From a virus: DNA of 64,000 nt. Made by a program: the position numbers and the translations under genes. Numbering within the stretch: position 1 is the stretch's first letter; every line of letters begins with the position of its first letter. The stretch covers positions 15,798 to 79,797 of the IMG/VR virus record IMGVR_UViG_3300012683_000008; one strand, written 5' to 3'. The notes under the pieces are model-generated. The model saw only the letters and a list, made by a program, of their open reading frames with translations. It was not told where the DNA came from and ran no database searches. This document shows positions 54,603 through 62,565 of this stretch, in pieces.

Positions 54603-54829
54603 CTGCATCAGGCGTCTACAAGCACAACAAGACCGGGAAGACGTACTTCGTGAAGGGCACGGGCATCATCGCCACCAACGGTGAGAACAACGGCAAGAAG
54701 GTGGTTCTCTACCAGCCCCTCGACGACCCCAAGTGGGACCCCAACGAGTACTACGTCCGGGACGAACCGGAGTTCAACAGCCCTGGACGTTTCACCTACC
54801 TACAGGGCCCAAGGAAGGAAGACCGGTGA
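54599..54829 (+). CDS. DUF1653-like protein
   Basis: GVYKH.KTGKTY.V..VVLYQPL..YYVR...EF..RF. Confidence 0.65.
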   Translation: MTASGVYKHNKTGKTYFVKGTGIIATNGENNGKKVVLYQPLDDPKWDPNEYYVRDEPEFNSPGRFTYLQGPRKEDR

Positions 54830-55695
54830 GTGACAAGCCCATCATCCAGCTTCACACCCTCGAACAGTGGTTCCAACAGGACCCAACGATTCGAGGGATG
54901 ATCCTTCAGAACATCAAGGTGAAGGATCGCCTCTGGCAGTACCTGGAGGGAGAGAAGAGGAAGCCGGACATCGTGGAGCCGTACTGGGCTCCGTGCAAGA
55001 AGTGCGAACAGCGTGGGTGGCTCGCAGTGCATCCCCGCTACGCCGGCTTCCATCCGTCGCAGATCAACAGCGCTTGCATGCTGAAGCTCTACAACGAGAT
55101 CGTCGGCATTCCAGAGTCGAAGAGAACGGAGCCTCGGCTACAGCTCATCTTCGACGTCGGGCACGCCGTACACTACATGTTCCAGAAGTACGGCGAGAGA
55201 GGGGCCTGGGGCAAGCACTACACCCCTGAGGCTCCGGTCAATGCCGAGACGACAGAGCTCGCAGAAGAGCTGATGATCGAGGGACATGCTGACGCCGACA
55301 CACTGATGATGGTCGATCGGCCGGAGTGGCCGGTGGCCTACGAGGTCGGAGTCGTCCACGAGTACAAGACGGCCAACAGCAAGAACTTCTCGAAGCTGAC
55401 TCGCCCGAAACCAGAGCACCAGATGCAGGCGCTCATCTACTCGGCTTGCCTCAACAGGCCAGTGGTGGCGTACCTGTACATGAACAAGGACGATCAGAAC
55501 CTGGCCGACTTCCCAGTCGAGTTCAAGCCCGACGTCTGGGCCAACGTCCACGGCAAGATCAAGATGATGGTGGACATGTACCGGGAGGGAGTCTCTCCGA
55601 AGGGCGAGACCGGTTACCACTGCCAGGAGTGCCCGTACGTTCACTCCTGCTTCGACTACCGCAACGAGATGATCAAGAAAACCCCTGGAGGGTAG
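54826..55695 (+). CDS. Cas4/RecB-like PD-(D/E)XK exonuclease
   Basis: HPSQINSAC, GHAVH, GHAD, EYKT, QALIY, CQECPY...C. Confidence 0.8.
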   Translation: MSDKPIIQLHTLEQWFQQDPTIRGMILQNIKVKDRLWQYLEGEKRKPDIVEPYWAPCKKCEQRGWLAVHPRYAGFHPSQINSACMLKLYNEIVGIPESKRTEPRLQLIFDVGHAVHYMFQKYGERGAWGKHYTPEAPVNAETTELAEELMIEGHADADTLMMVDRPEWPVAYEVGVVHEYKTANSKNFSKLTRPKPEHQMQALIYSACLNRPVVAYLYMNKDDQNLADFPVEFKPDVWANVHGKIKMMVDMYREGVSPKGETGYHCQECPYVHSCFDYRNEMIKKTPGG

Positions 55696-56289
55696 ATGCC
55701 TGGAGCACTAGAAGTTCAACTCGATCAGATCGTTCCGGTGGCGAATGCGAACGTGCTTCTCCATCGGCAGCAGGAGGTTCTCAACTACGTCCACACCACG
55801 TTGGGCATTCCGCAACTGACGAAGCCAGGGCTGGCCATCTCTGCTCTTCCGAACGACCTGACGACTCTTTCGGACAACGACCTCGGCAACCTCCTCAGCA
55901 CTCTCGGCCAGTGGGTCGGCTACATCGACCAGCAGTTGGCCAACACCGACAGCGAGAGGAAGAGTGCTGATGCGTACCTCACGTTCATTCAGGCGAGAGT
56001 GCGCATCGAGATCAAGCAGCACTCGACCGAGAAGCGGCTGACCACGCAGGACAAGAACGACATGATGGAGACCAACCCGACGGTCGTTGACGCCAAGGAC
56101 AAGTCGATGTTCTGGGAGTCGACCTACCGTCTCACGAAGTCTCTTCGAGACAGTGTGCAGCTCGCATGGGAGACTGTCTCCAGACGCATCACGCAGAGAG
56201 GGCAAGAAGTCGACCGCATGCGTAGAGAGACCAACGTGGCCGGCATGCCCTCTGCCGCAAGAACCTTTCACAGGCCAGGAGGAAGCTGA
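55696..56289 (+). CDS. Helical protein, possible UvsY-like recombination mediator
   Basis: 197-aa coiled coil in the recombination cluster; function inferred. Confidence 0.45.
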   Translation: MPGALEVQLDQIVPVANANVLLHRQQEVLNYVHTTLGIPQLTKPGLAISALPNDLTTLSDNDLGNLLSTLGQWVGYIDQQLANTDSERKSADAYLTFIQARVRIEIKQHSTEKRLTTQDKNDMMETNPTVVDAKDKSMFWESTYRLTKSLRDSVQLAWETVSRRITQRGQEVDRMRRETNVAGMPSAARTFHRPGGS

Positions 56290-56960
56290 TGGTGGACTAC
56301 AGGGGCATCATTCTCGGTGTCATGGGGCATTCCGGAGTCGGCAAGGACACGATGGCCGACAGGCTCATCGACAAGCACGGCTTCGTGAAGATGGGGCTGG
56401 CGGACGAGATCAAGAGGACCTGCAAGAAGATCTACGACTTCTCCGACTTGCAGCTCTGGGGGCCGTCGGAAGAACGCAACAAGCCCGACCTTCGCTACCC
56501 CATCCCCGGTAAGGGTCACCTGAGCCCTCGGGTTGCCCTCCAGACCTTCGGGACTGAGGGAGGAAGGGCTTGCTACCCGAACACGTGGATCGATCTCACC
56601 CTGCGGAACTGCGATCGAATCCTCACCGACGGCACCGACTACGACCAGAAACAGGGAGTCTTCGAGAGCTCCTTCTGGAAGCGGGGCCGCTACCAAGGCG
56701 TGGCCATCCCGGACGTTCGCTTCAAGAACGAGCTCGATGCCATCCACTCCAAGGGCGGATACATCATTCGGCTCCGCCGAAAGGGTGTCGACGGAAACGT
56801 CGGTCTCAAAGGCCACGCTTCCGAGGAAGAGCAGAAGTCGATCATGGACCACGAGTGCGACTTCGTTCTCGATGTCCCTGAGGGCTTCGCCAACTTCTAC
56901 GCCGAGATCGACGCCCTCATGATGAAGATCCCGAAGGTCAGCCTTCGGTCAGTCAAGTAG
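56289..56960 (+). CDS. Deoxynucleoside monophosphate kinase
   Basis: GHSGVGKDT, LADEIK, PRVALQTFGTE, IPDVRFKNE, HASE. Confidence 0.9.
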   Translation: MVDYRGIILGVMGHSGVGKDTMADRLIDKHGFVKMGLADEIKRTCKKIYDFSDLQLWGPSEERNKPDLRYPIPGKGHLSPRVALQTFGTEGGRACYPNTWIDLTLRNCDRILTDGTDYDQKQGVFESSFWKRGRYQGVAIPDVRFKNELDAIHSKGGYIIRLRRKGVDGNVGLKGHASEEEQKSIMDHECDFVLDVPEGFANFYAEIDALMMKIPKVSLRSVK

Positions 56961-56968
56961 GAGGCACC

Positions 56969-57229
56969 ATGGCCACACCGAGATGGTTGGAGAACTACTA
57001 CGGGAAGGACTTCGACTTCCTGAACCCTGAAGTCGTGTTCGACGGGAAGAAGAAGGCAGTGGTGAAGCTGGTGAGGACCGGCAGCAGGGTCCACAGCAGC
57101 ATCGGCTACGTGCTTCTCGACAAGAACGGAAGTCACCTCGCCAGCACCCCCAAGTCCCTCCACGAGGGAGTTCCATCGCAGGCGGATCTCGATCGTATGA
57201 GGGAGGCACTGAAGAAAGCAGACACATGA
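56969..57229 (+). CDS. Hypothetical protein
   Basis: AGGAGG RBS. Confidence 0.65.
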   Translation: MATPRWLENYYGKDFDFLNPEVVFDGKKKAVVKLVRTGSRVHSSIGYVLLDKNGSHLASTPKSLHEGVPSQADLDRMREALKKADT

Positions 57230-57600
57230 GCGACCCGGCATTCTACCTCTGGGTGCAGGAGACGATGCCCAGAGAGCGGTACAACAGCTACTCAGACCGT
57301 TACGACAACAAGCCGTCGTCCTTTACTTGGATGGCGCCTCTCGATGCGAAGAGCGTGGAAGAGGCCCGAGGAAAGGCGATCATCATGCTCGATCAACATG
57401 ACCTGACTCGGACGGAGGACAACCTCGACTACCAGGTCAAGCACGCCATCATCTACGAGTTCAAGGAGAACATGATCGGCGTGTACAAGAAGAACAAGGA
57501 AGAGCGGCAGTCAGAGATCGAGAAGAAGAGGAAGCAGGAAGAACTCAAGAGGGCTGAAGCAGAAGTTGAACGGCTGAAGAAGGAACTGGGAGAGGGCTGA
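57226..57600 (+). CDS. Hypothetical protein with C-terminal coiled coil
   Basis: ATGA overlap. Confidence 0.65.
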   Translation: MSDPAFYLWVQETMPRERYNSYSDRYDNKPSSFTWMAPLDAKSVEEARGKAIIMLDQHDLTRTEDNLDYQVKHAIIYEFKENMIGVYKKNKEERQSEIEKKRKQEELKRAEAEVERLKKELGEG

Positions 57601-58628
57601 TGCCACAACCGATCGTTGAACGAGGCACCTTGATGAAGGTGTTGGACCACGGCTACGTCCGCATCATCAACTTCATGGGCAACGACGAGGAGATCGTCGA
57701 AGCCGCACGGATGAGCAACGACAAGGGTTTCATCTCCTGGAACCACTACGTCCGCTGCAAGAACTGCACGAAAGTGCTCTACGCACCACCGGATGGGCAT
57801 GTCGTCGTGCCGAGCGACGACTGCGTGACTCCAGTCACCAGGCGTTCGACAGGAGAGGTGGTCGGCAGTGCGACCGGCAAGCATGACTGGGAGCACTTCC
57901 CACACGGCGACCTCGGCCTCCTCGACAACCTGTGGAGGAAGAAGCACGCCACCCCGTTCGAGATGGGGGAACTCGTCATCGAAGTGCAGGCGCCCATCAT
58001 GGTGTTCCGTGAGTGGCACCGGCACAGGACTCAGTCGTACAACGAGTTCTCGGCCCGCTACTCGGTGATGCCGAACATCCACTACATCCCGGAGAGGGAG
58101 CGCATCCAGAAGCAGAGCACGGCCAACAAGCAGGGCAGTGCCGAGCAGATGGATGACGACACCTCGTCTCAGGTTCGTGCCGAGCTTGAGAGGCAGCAGC
58201 AAGAGATCTACGACTACTACGAAGGTTGGTGCGAGTCGGGAGTCGCAAGAGAAGTGGCTCGCATCAACACTCCAGTCTCTCGCTACTCGAAGATGAGGGC
58301 GAAGGGGAACATCAGGAACTGGTTCCAGTTCTTGAACCTCCGCATGCGGCCCGATGCTCAGTACGAGATCCGCCAGTACGCCAACGAGGTCGGCAAGATT
58401 CTCTCCTGGCTCTGGCCGAAAGCGTACAGCTTCTTCGAAGAGTACGACCTCTACGGAGCTCACTTCAGCAGGACAGAGCTCAAAGCTCTTCGCACCATCC
58501 TCATGAAGGCCAACGTCGTTGAGCAAGTTGAGCTCATGAAAGTCTTCGAAGAACATGGTTTGAAGGGAACCAAGCTCAAAGAGTTCCAGGAAAAGCTGCG
58601 AGAGGGCGGCGACAAGATCCTGAGCTGA
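57600..58628 (+). CDS. thyX: FAD-dependent thymidylate synthase
   Basis: VLDHGYV, AARMS, HATPFE, REWHRHRTQSYNEFSARYS, REVAR, FLNLR, AQYEIR. Confidence 0.93.
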   Translation: MPQPIVERGTLMKVLDHGYVRIINFMGNDEEIVEAARMSNDKGFISWNHYVRCKNCTKVLYAPPDGHVVVPSDDCVTPVTRRSTGEVVGSATGKHDWEHFPHGDLGLLDNLWRKKHATPFEMGELVIEVQAPIMVFREWHRHRTQSYNEFSARYSVMPNIHYIPERERIQKQSTANKQGSAEQMDDDTSSQVRAELERQQQEIYDYYEGWCESGVAREVARINTPVSRYSKMRAKGNIRNWFQFLNLRMRPDAQYEIRQYANEVGKILSWLWPKAYSFFEEYDLYGAHFSRTELKALRTILMKANVVEQVELMKVFEEHGLKGTKLKEFQEKLREGGDKILS

Positions 58629-58631
58629 CTC

Positions 58632-58639
58632 GGCATAAG
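58632..58639 (+). promoter_or_regulatory. GGCATAAG motif
   Basis: In the 30-nt gap before ORF 58659. Confidence 0.5.
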
Positions 58640-58658
58640 AGGGAGGAGGAGCACAAAC

Positions 58659-59348
58659 ATGCCTTTGGTCACTGATGAGCTGAAGAGATTGTTCACCCAG
58701 TTCGACGCCGTCATTCAAGAGGCGGCAAAGGTCATGAAGACCACCTGCAAGGCGGGGTGCAACAACTGCTGCAAGCTGTTCGCTACTTGCACACTGCCCG
58801 AAGGCATCCTCATTGCCGAAGAGCTGTTCAAGAAGCCTGATTGGCAGGCGCTGGTACCTGATCTGGTGAAGGCCTCCAAGGAGTTCTGCTTCGAAGGCGT
58901 CAACTCCATGACCTACCTCAGCAAGAAGCTTCCGTGCGTCTTCTTGAAGGAAGGGCTGTGCAGCATCTACGAGGTGCGGCCTTCGGTCTGCCGGTACTAC
59001 TACTCGGTGCAGGATCCGAAGCTCTGCGATCCCGACAACCACGATCGAAAGGTAGCGACCGTGGATGCCACGCAGATCATAGACGACCTGAACATGTTCG
59101 CGATCCACGTCTCAGTGGGGCTCCAGAACCAGAACATCTGCGCACCCATTCCCCTGATGGTCCTCTACGCGATGTTCCTCGTCGCCGGCAGCAAAGGGGC
59201 GAAGAGGTTCATTCGAGAGGCGACACGCGGACTTCCTATGCCGGAGGACTACCTCAGAGCTTTCCCCTCCGTCATCGAAGAGCCGAGAGAGCAGCGGCTC
59301 AAGCTCACGGAAGAAGAGCTCAAGAAGCTCCAGGAGCAGCAGGGATGA
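58659..59348 (+). CDS. YkgJ/UPF0153-family cysteine-cluster protein
   Basis: CKAGCNNCC...CVFL..GLCSIYEVRPSVCRYY. Confidence 0.85.
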   Translation: MPLVTDELKRLFTQFDAVIQEAAKVMKTTCKAGCNNCCKLFATCTLPEGILIAEELFKKPDWQALVPDLVKASKEFCFEGVNSMTYLSKKLPCVFLKEGLCSIYEVRPSVCRYYYSVQDPKLCDPDNHDRKVATVDATQIIDDLNMFAIHVSVGLQNQNICAPIPLMVLYAMFLVAGSKGAKRFIREATRGLPMPEDYLRAFPSVIEEPREQRLKLTEEELKKLQEQQG

Positions 59349-59794
59349 GGAACATCCTTCAAGTCACGTACCCTGAGCTGCCGCCGACCAGCAACCGTCT
59401 CTACTTTCGAGGGACGATGCTGACGGCGGTGGCCAAGAGGTACGGGGAGTCATTCGCCATGTTCATGGCGCAGAAGCATGGTGCAGACATCCTGGAGATG
59501 GATCGAGAGTCCATCTACGCCCTGCACCTTCGCTTCTTCTTCAAGAAACTGGAGAACGCAGGCTGGAACGACCCCAAATGTCCCCCTTCAAGACGACCCA
59601 AATCTCGGTATAAGAAGATAGACCTCAGTAACAGAATTAAGTTGCTGGAGGACTGCGTCCGAGATGCTCTCGACATCGACGACTCACAGACGTTCGCTGC
59701 CTCCCAAGAGAAGCACCAGTGCGAAGAGGGGGAGAGCGAGCGGGTAGAGATCATCATCCAACGAGTCGAACCGGGCCTCTTTGGCCTCGGTTGA
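59345..59794 (+). CDS. rusA: RusA-like Holliday junction resolvase
   Basis: PPTSN, DLSNRIKLLEDCV...IDDSQ. Confidence 0.8.
   Translation: MRNILQVTYPELPPTSNRLYFRGTMLTAVAKRYGESFAMFMAQKHGADILEMDRESIYALHLRFFFKKLENAGWNDPKCPPSRRPKSRYKKIDLSNRIKLLEDCVRDALDIDDSQTFAASQEKHQCEEGESERVEIIIQRVEPGLFGLG
59607..59614 (+). promoter_or_regulatory. GGTATAAG motif inside rusA
   Basis: Sits in a locally AT-rich patch with atypical codons (AAA TCT CGG TAT AAG AAG ATA). Confidence 0.45.
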
Positions 59795-60275
59795 CGAGGG
59801 AACCTTGACAAACCTTAGCCCGGAGACGCTTCAGGAAGAGGGGCCAGAAGAGCGTCACCAGAGGGAACGTCAGACCGGTGTGCTAGGCAACGGGCACAAC
59901 GTGATCTGCCACCCAACAGGAGACCCGGAAGTCTACGAGACGAAGAACCGGGTGCAGTGCCTCCTCAAGCCATTCCCGGCTTGTGGTAGCTGCGCTCACG
60001 GGAAGTTCAGGATGGTGTTCAACGCAGACCCGAACGCCAAGCTGAAGCAGGTACAGTGTCCTCGCTGGAGAAGTGATGCAGCGAGGATGGTAGGAGAGCA
60101 GCCGGTCGACTACGTGAAGACCGAGCTCGCCACCTGCGCCGACAAGCCGTTCCCGTACTGCGTTTCCTGCCCGTCTCTAGAGAACCTGTCGAAGATGTTC
60201 ATCGACAAGCAGAAGGACGGTTGGTACGCCAGGTACCGCCGCTTCAGCAAAGACGAAGAGGCTGACGATGACTGA
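59781..60275 (+). CDS. Cys-rich hypothetical protein
   Basis: Internal repeat KPFPACGSC / KPFPYCVSC; start uncertain. Confidence 0.6.
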   Translation: MASVDEGTLTNLSPETLQEEGPEERHQRERQTGVLGNGHNVICHPTGDPEVYETKNRVQCLLKPFPACGSCAHGKFRMVFNADPNAKLKQVQCPRWRSDAARMVGEQPVDYVKTELATCADKPFPYCVSCPSLENLSKMFIDKQKDGWYARYRRFSKDEEADDD

Positions 60276-60597
60276 GGACATTCAGCAAGACGGTGTCCTG
60301 ATGTGGTGCTCCGAGACTGAACTCTTAGCTCTGGCTCGGAAGCAAGGTCTCGGGCGGCTTCGACGTGGCATTCCCAAGTCGGAGCTGGTCGATCTCGTGA
60401 AGGGCGCCATCCCTCTTCGGCGAGAGCACCACTCAGAAACGATGGAGACCAGAAGGGTTCTCGAAGCGTTCATCGCCAAGAACTGGGGTCAGCTCAGAAG
60501 TCAGCTCCCTGGGTGCGATGGGAAGTGCACCACCTTTGGGTGCACTGAGGGCAAGCACGCTCTCTGCTTCTACCCGAACAAGAAGCTACTCCAATGA
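60268..60597 (+). CDS. Hypothetical protein, Rho-N/HeH-like helices + Cys cluster
   Basis: SETELLALARKQGL..KSELVDLV; CDGKC..C..C. Confidence 0.55.
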   Translation: MTEDIQQDGVLMWCSETELLALARKQGLGRLRRGIPKSELVDLVKGAIPLRREHHSETMETRRVLEAFIAKNWGQLRSQLPGCDGKCTTFGCTEGKHALCFYPNKKLLQ

Positions 60598-60812
60598 GGG
60601 GAGACTGCCTGTCGTGCTCCAAGATCGACGTCTGCTCCAAGACTTCAGTCGAGAAGGTGCTCAACAGCTTCACGTGCATTCTCTTCGAGTCGATTCCTGA
60701 GCCGGTGTACAGAGCTCGGGTGCAGTTGATGGGGCAGTATGGAGAAGTAGCTGCGGTGGTGGCGATGTTGAAGCGACCACCGCAGATCACAACGCAGGAA
60801 GGAGAGGAGTAG
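60594..60812 (+). CDS. Small Cys-rich protein
   Basis: CLSC..C..C; ATGA overlap. Confidence 0.55.
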   Translation: MRGDCLSCSKIDVCSKTSVEKVLNSFTCILFESIPEPVYRARVQLMGQYGEVAAVVAMLKRPPQITTQEGEE

Positions 60813-61916
60813 ATGCCACCTCCGCCGCTACAAGACGGCAGACCGACGCTGACGACCAGTCAACGACGCCAGTACTTCGAGGAAGTTCGCTTCATCGAAG
60901 TTCGCCACCTGGCGTATCTCTTCTACAAGAAGCCGGACGGCGAACCGCTTCTGAAGTACGAAGACACCCTGGACAACCGAGACATGGTCAAGAACAACGT
61001 CTTGGCCTACGAAGTCGCCCAGGGCTGGCTCATCCCGGACGGGACGGAGGGCCAGACTCAAGTTCCCGCTCAACCGCAACAGCAGCCCACCCAACCCGTT
61101 GTCCAGCAAGGAGCACCCCAGATGCAGCCGTTCAATCCTCCCCCCAACGGAGTGCCTGCCCCTCAGCCGCAGATGGCTCCGGCGCCGATGCCCCAGCAGC
61201 CGCAGTACGCCATGCCTCCGCAGCAGCAGATGCAACCCCAGCAGATGCAGGCACCCGTCCCTCAGCAGCAGCCGATCCCCCAGCCTCAGTACGCTGCTCC
61301 GGCTCCGCAGATGGCCCCTCCGCCCGTGGCAACCCCACAGCAGGCGGCTGGGGTGCCCCCCCAGCAGGAAGCTCCGGCTGGAGCTCCCACCGGTCGTCGG
61401 CGCAAGGGTCAGGGCACGGCAGTAGCCCCGCCTCCCGCTGCTCCTCCGCCTCCGCCGCAGGGTGCTCCGGTCCAGCAGTTCGCACCGCCTCAGCAGCAGG
61501 CGATGCAGTTCGGAGCTCCGCCTCCGGGCATGCCGGTACCGCAGCAGATGGCACCTCCGCAGCAGATGCAGCAGATGCCTCCGGCTCCGTTCGGAGCACC
61601 GGTTCCGATGCAGTCCGGGCCGGCGGCGTATCAGCCGCAGCCGCAGGCTCAGCAGGGTGCCCCTCAGCCCCAGCAGGCTGCGGCGGTGGACCTGAACCCC
61701 GTGCTGGCTCGGGTGGACGCTCTCGCCAAGATCGTCGAGGCGCAGAACGGGCAGATCAAGGAGCTCCGGCTCACGGCTGAGATCTCTCTCGGTCTGCTGC
61801 ACCACCTGTACCTCGTGAACCCCCAGCTCCAGCCTCAGCAGGGCCAGCCCCAGCTCCCCCGGACGCTGCCGGACTTCAAGAAGTACTTCCAGCAGTTCGT
61901 CGGAACCCCTCAGTAG
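60813..61916 (+). CDS. Protein with long P/Q-rich disordered linker and C-terminal coiled coil
   Basis: 367 aa; GAGGAG RBS; about 200 aa of P/Q/A/M low complexity. Confidence 0.75.
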   Translation: MPPPPLQDGRPTLTTSQRRQYFEEVRFIEVRHLAYLFYKKPDGEPLLKYEDTLDNRDMVKNNVLAYEVAQGWLIPDGTEGQTQVPAQPQQQPTQPVVQQGAPQMQPFNPPPNGVPAPQPQMAPAPMPQQPQYAMPPQQQMQPQQMQAPVPQQQPIPQPQYAAPAPQMAPPPVATPQQAAGVPPQQEAPAGAPTGRRRKGQGTAVAPPPAAPPPPPQGAPVQQFAPPQQQAMQFGAPPPGMPVPQQMAPPQQMQQMPPAPFGAPVPMQSGPAAYQPQPQAQQGAPQPQQAAAVDLNPVLARVDALAKIVEAQNGQIKELRLTAEISLGLLHHLYLVNPQLQPQQGQPQLPRTLPDFKKYFQQFVGTPQ

Positions 61917-61951
61917 GGACGCTGTCTCAAGGGGAGCCGCCTTCGGCGGAG

Positions 61952-62152
61952 GTGGCTCCCCTTCGGCGTCCGCACACCATCGTCCCAGAGCAGGTACTGA
62001 CGGTGGAGAGTGACGACCTCAACCTGATGAGTGATCAACAGCTCATCGAATTCGCCGCTCACCACCTCAGTCTCGTCTTCGCACCAGGTTCTCCGAGAAC
62101 TCTTGTCCTAAGCAAGATCGTCTCGTCGTCCCTGGTGATAGCCGACGCCTGA
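61952..62152 (+). CDS. Small Rho-N/HeH-like protein (possibly a frameshift extension of the upstream gene)
   Basis: DLNLMSDQQLIEFA..LSL..RTLVLSKIV; start buried in a 14-bp hairpin. Confidence 0.5.
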   Translation: MAPLRRPHTIVPEQVLTVESDDLNLMSDQQLIEFAAHHLSLVFAPGSPRTLVLSKIVSSSLVIADA

Positions 62153-62186
62153 GTGGTACAACTGGGACTTCGCCAAGGAACAAGTC

Positions 62187-62375
62187 ATGGAAGAGAAGAA
62201 CGACCTCACCCGGTACCAGAAGTACGCCTTTGCAGAGTACCGAAAGTGGGCTCACAAGAACACGCCGAACCACGAGCACCGGTACAACAGCAAAGGTGAG
62301 TGCGTTTGCGGCAAGGTTCTCGCCGACATCAGGCCCTACCCGCTGAGCGGAGGAGCAACTCCGTGGACAGGCTGA
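62187..62375 (+). CDS. Small hypothetical protein
   Basis: AAGGA RBS; HEH..CVCG. Confidence 0.55.
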   Translation: MEEKNDLTRYQKYAFAEYRKWAHKNTPNHEHRYNSKGECVCGKVLADIRPYPLSGGATPWTG

Positions 62376-62530
62376 AGCAGCACAAGCAGATCATCACGCA
62401 GAGCCTGAGAGACGACTTCGAGAAGGAGCTCCGAAAGGAGCATACGATCGCCAGGATGCACTTCGATGTTGCCGATGCGATGGCAGCCTTCGACCGCATC
62501 TTCGAAGTGGCAAAGGCCCCAAAGGCCTGA
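62363..62530 (+). CDS. Small hypothetical protein
   Basis: GTG after GGAGGAG; ends before the terminator. Confidence 0.55.
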   Translation: MDRLKQHKQIITQSLRDDFEKELRKEHTIARMHFDVADAMAAFDRIFEVAKAPKA

Positions 62531-62533
62531 GCC

Positions 62534-62565
62534 AGGAAGGACGCTACCGCGTCCTTTCTTTAGCC
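62534..62565 (+). terminator. Hairpin terminator followed by TTAGCC
   Basis: AGGAAGGACGC-tacc-GCGTCCTTTCT then TTAGCC; between convergent genes. Confidence 0.7.

Noticed and set aside
54826-55695. Cas4-like nuclease as evidence of CRISPR-Cas
   Set aside because: No repeat-spacer array or other cas genes seen; solo Cas4-like nucleases are common in phage recombination clusters
16150-59620. All GG-N-ATAAG sites being N4-like hairpin promoters
   Set aside because: Only 46290 has an extended stem; the others have at most 2-3 bp of flanking complementarity, so the shared signal is primary sequence
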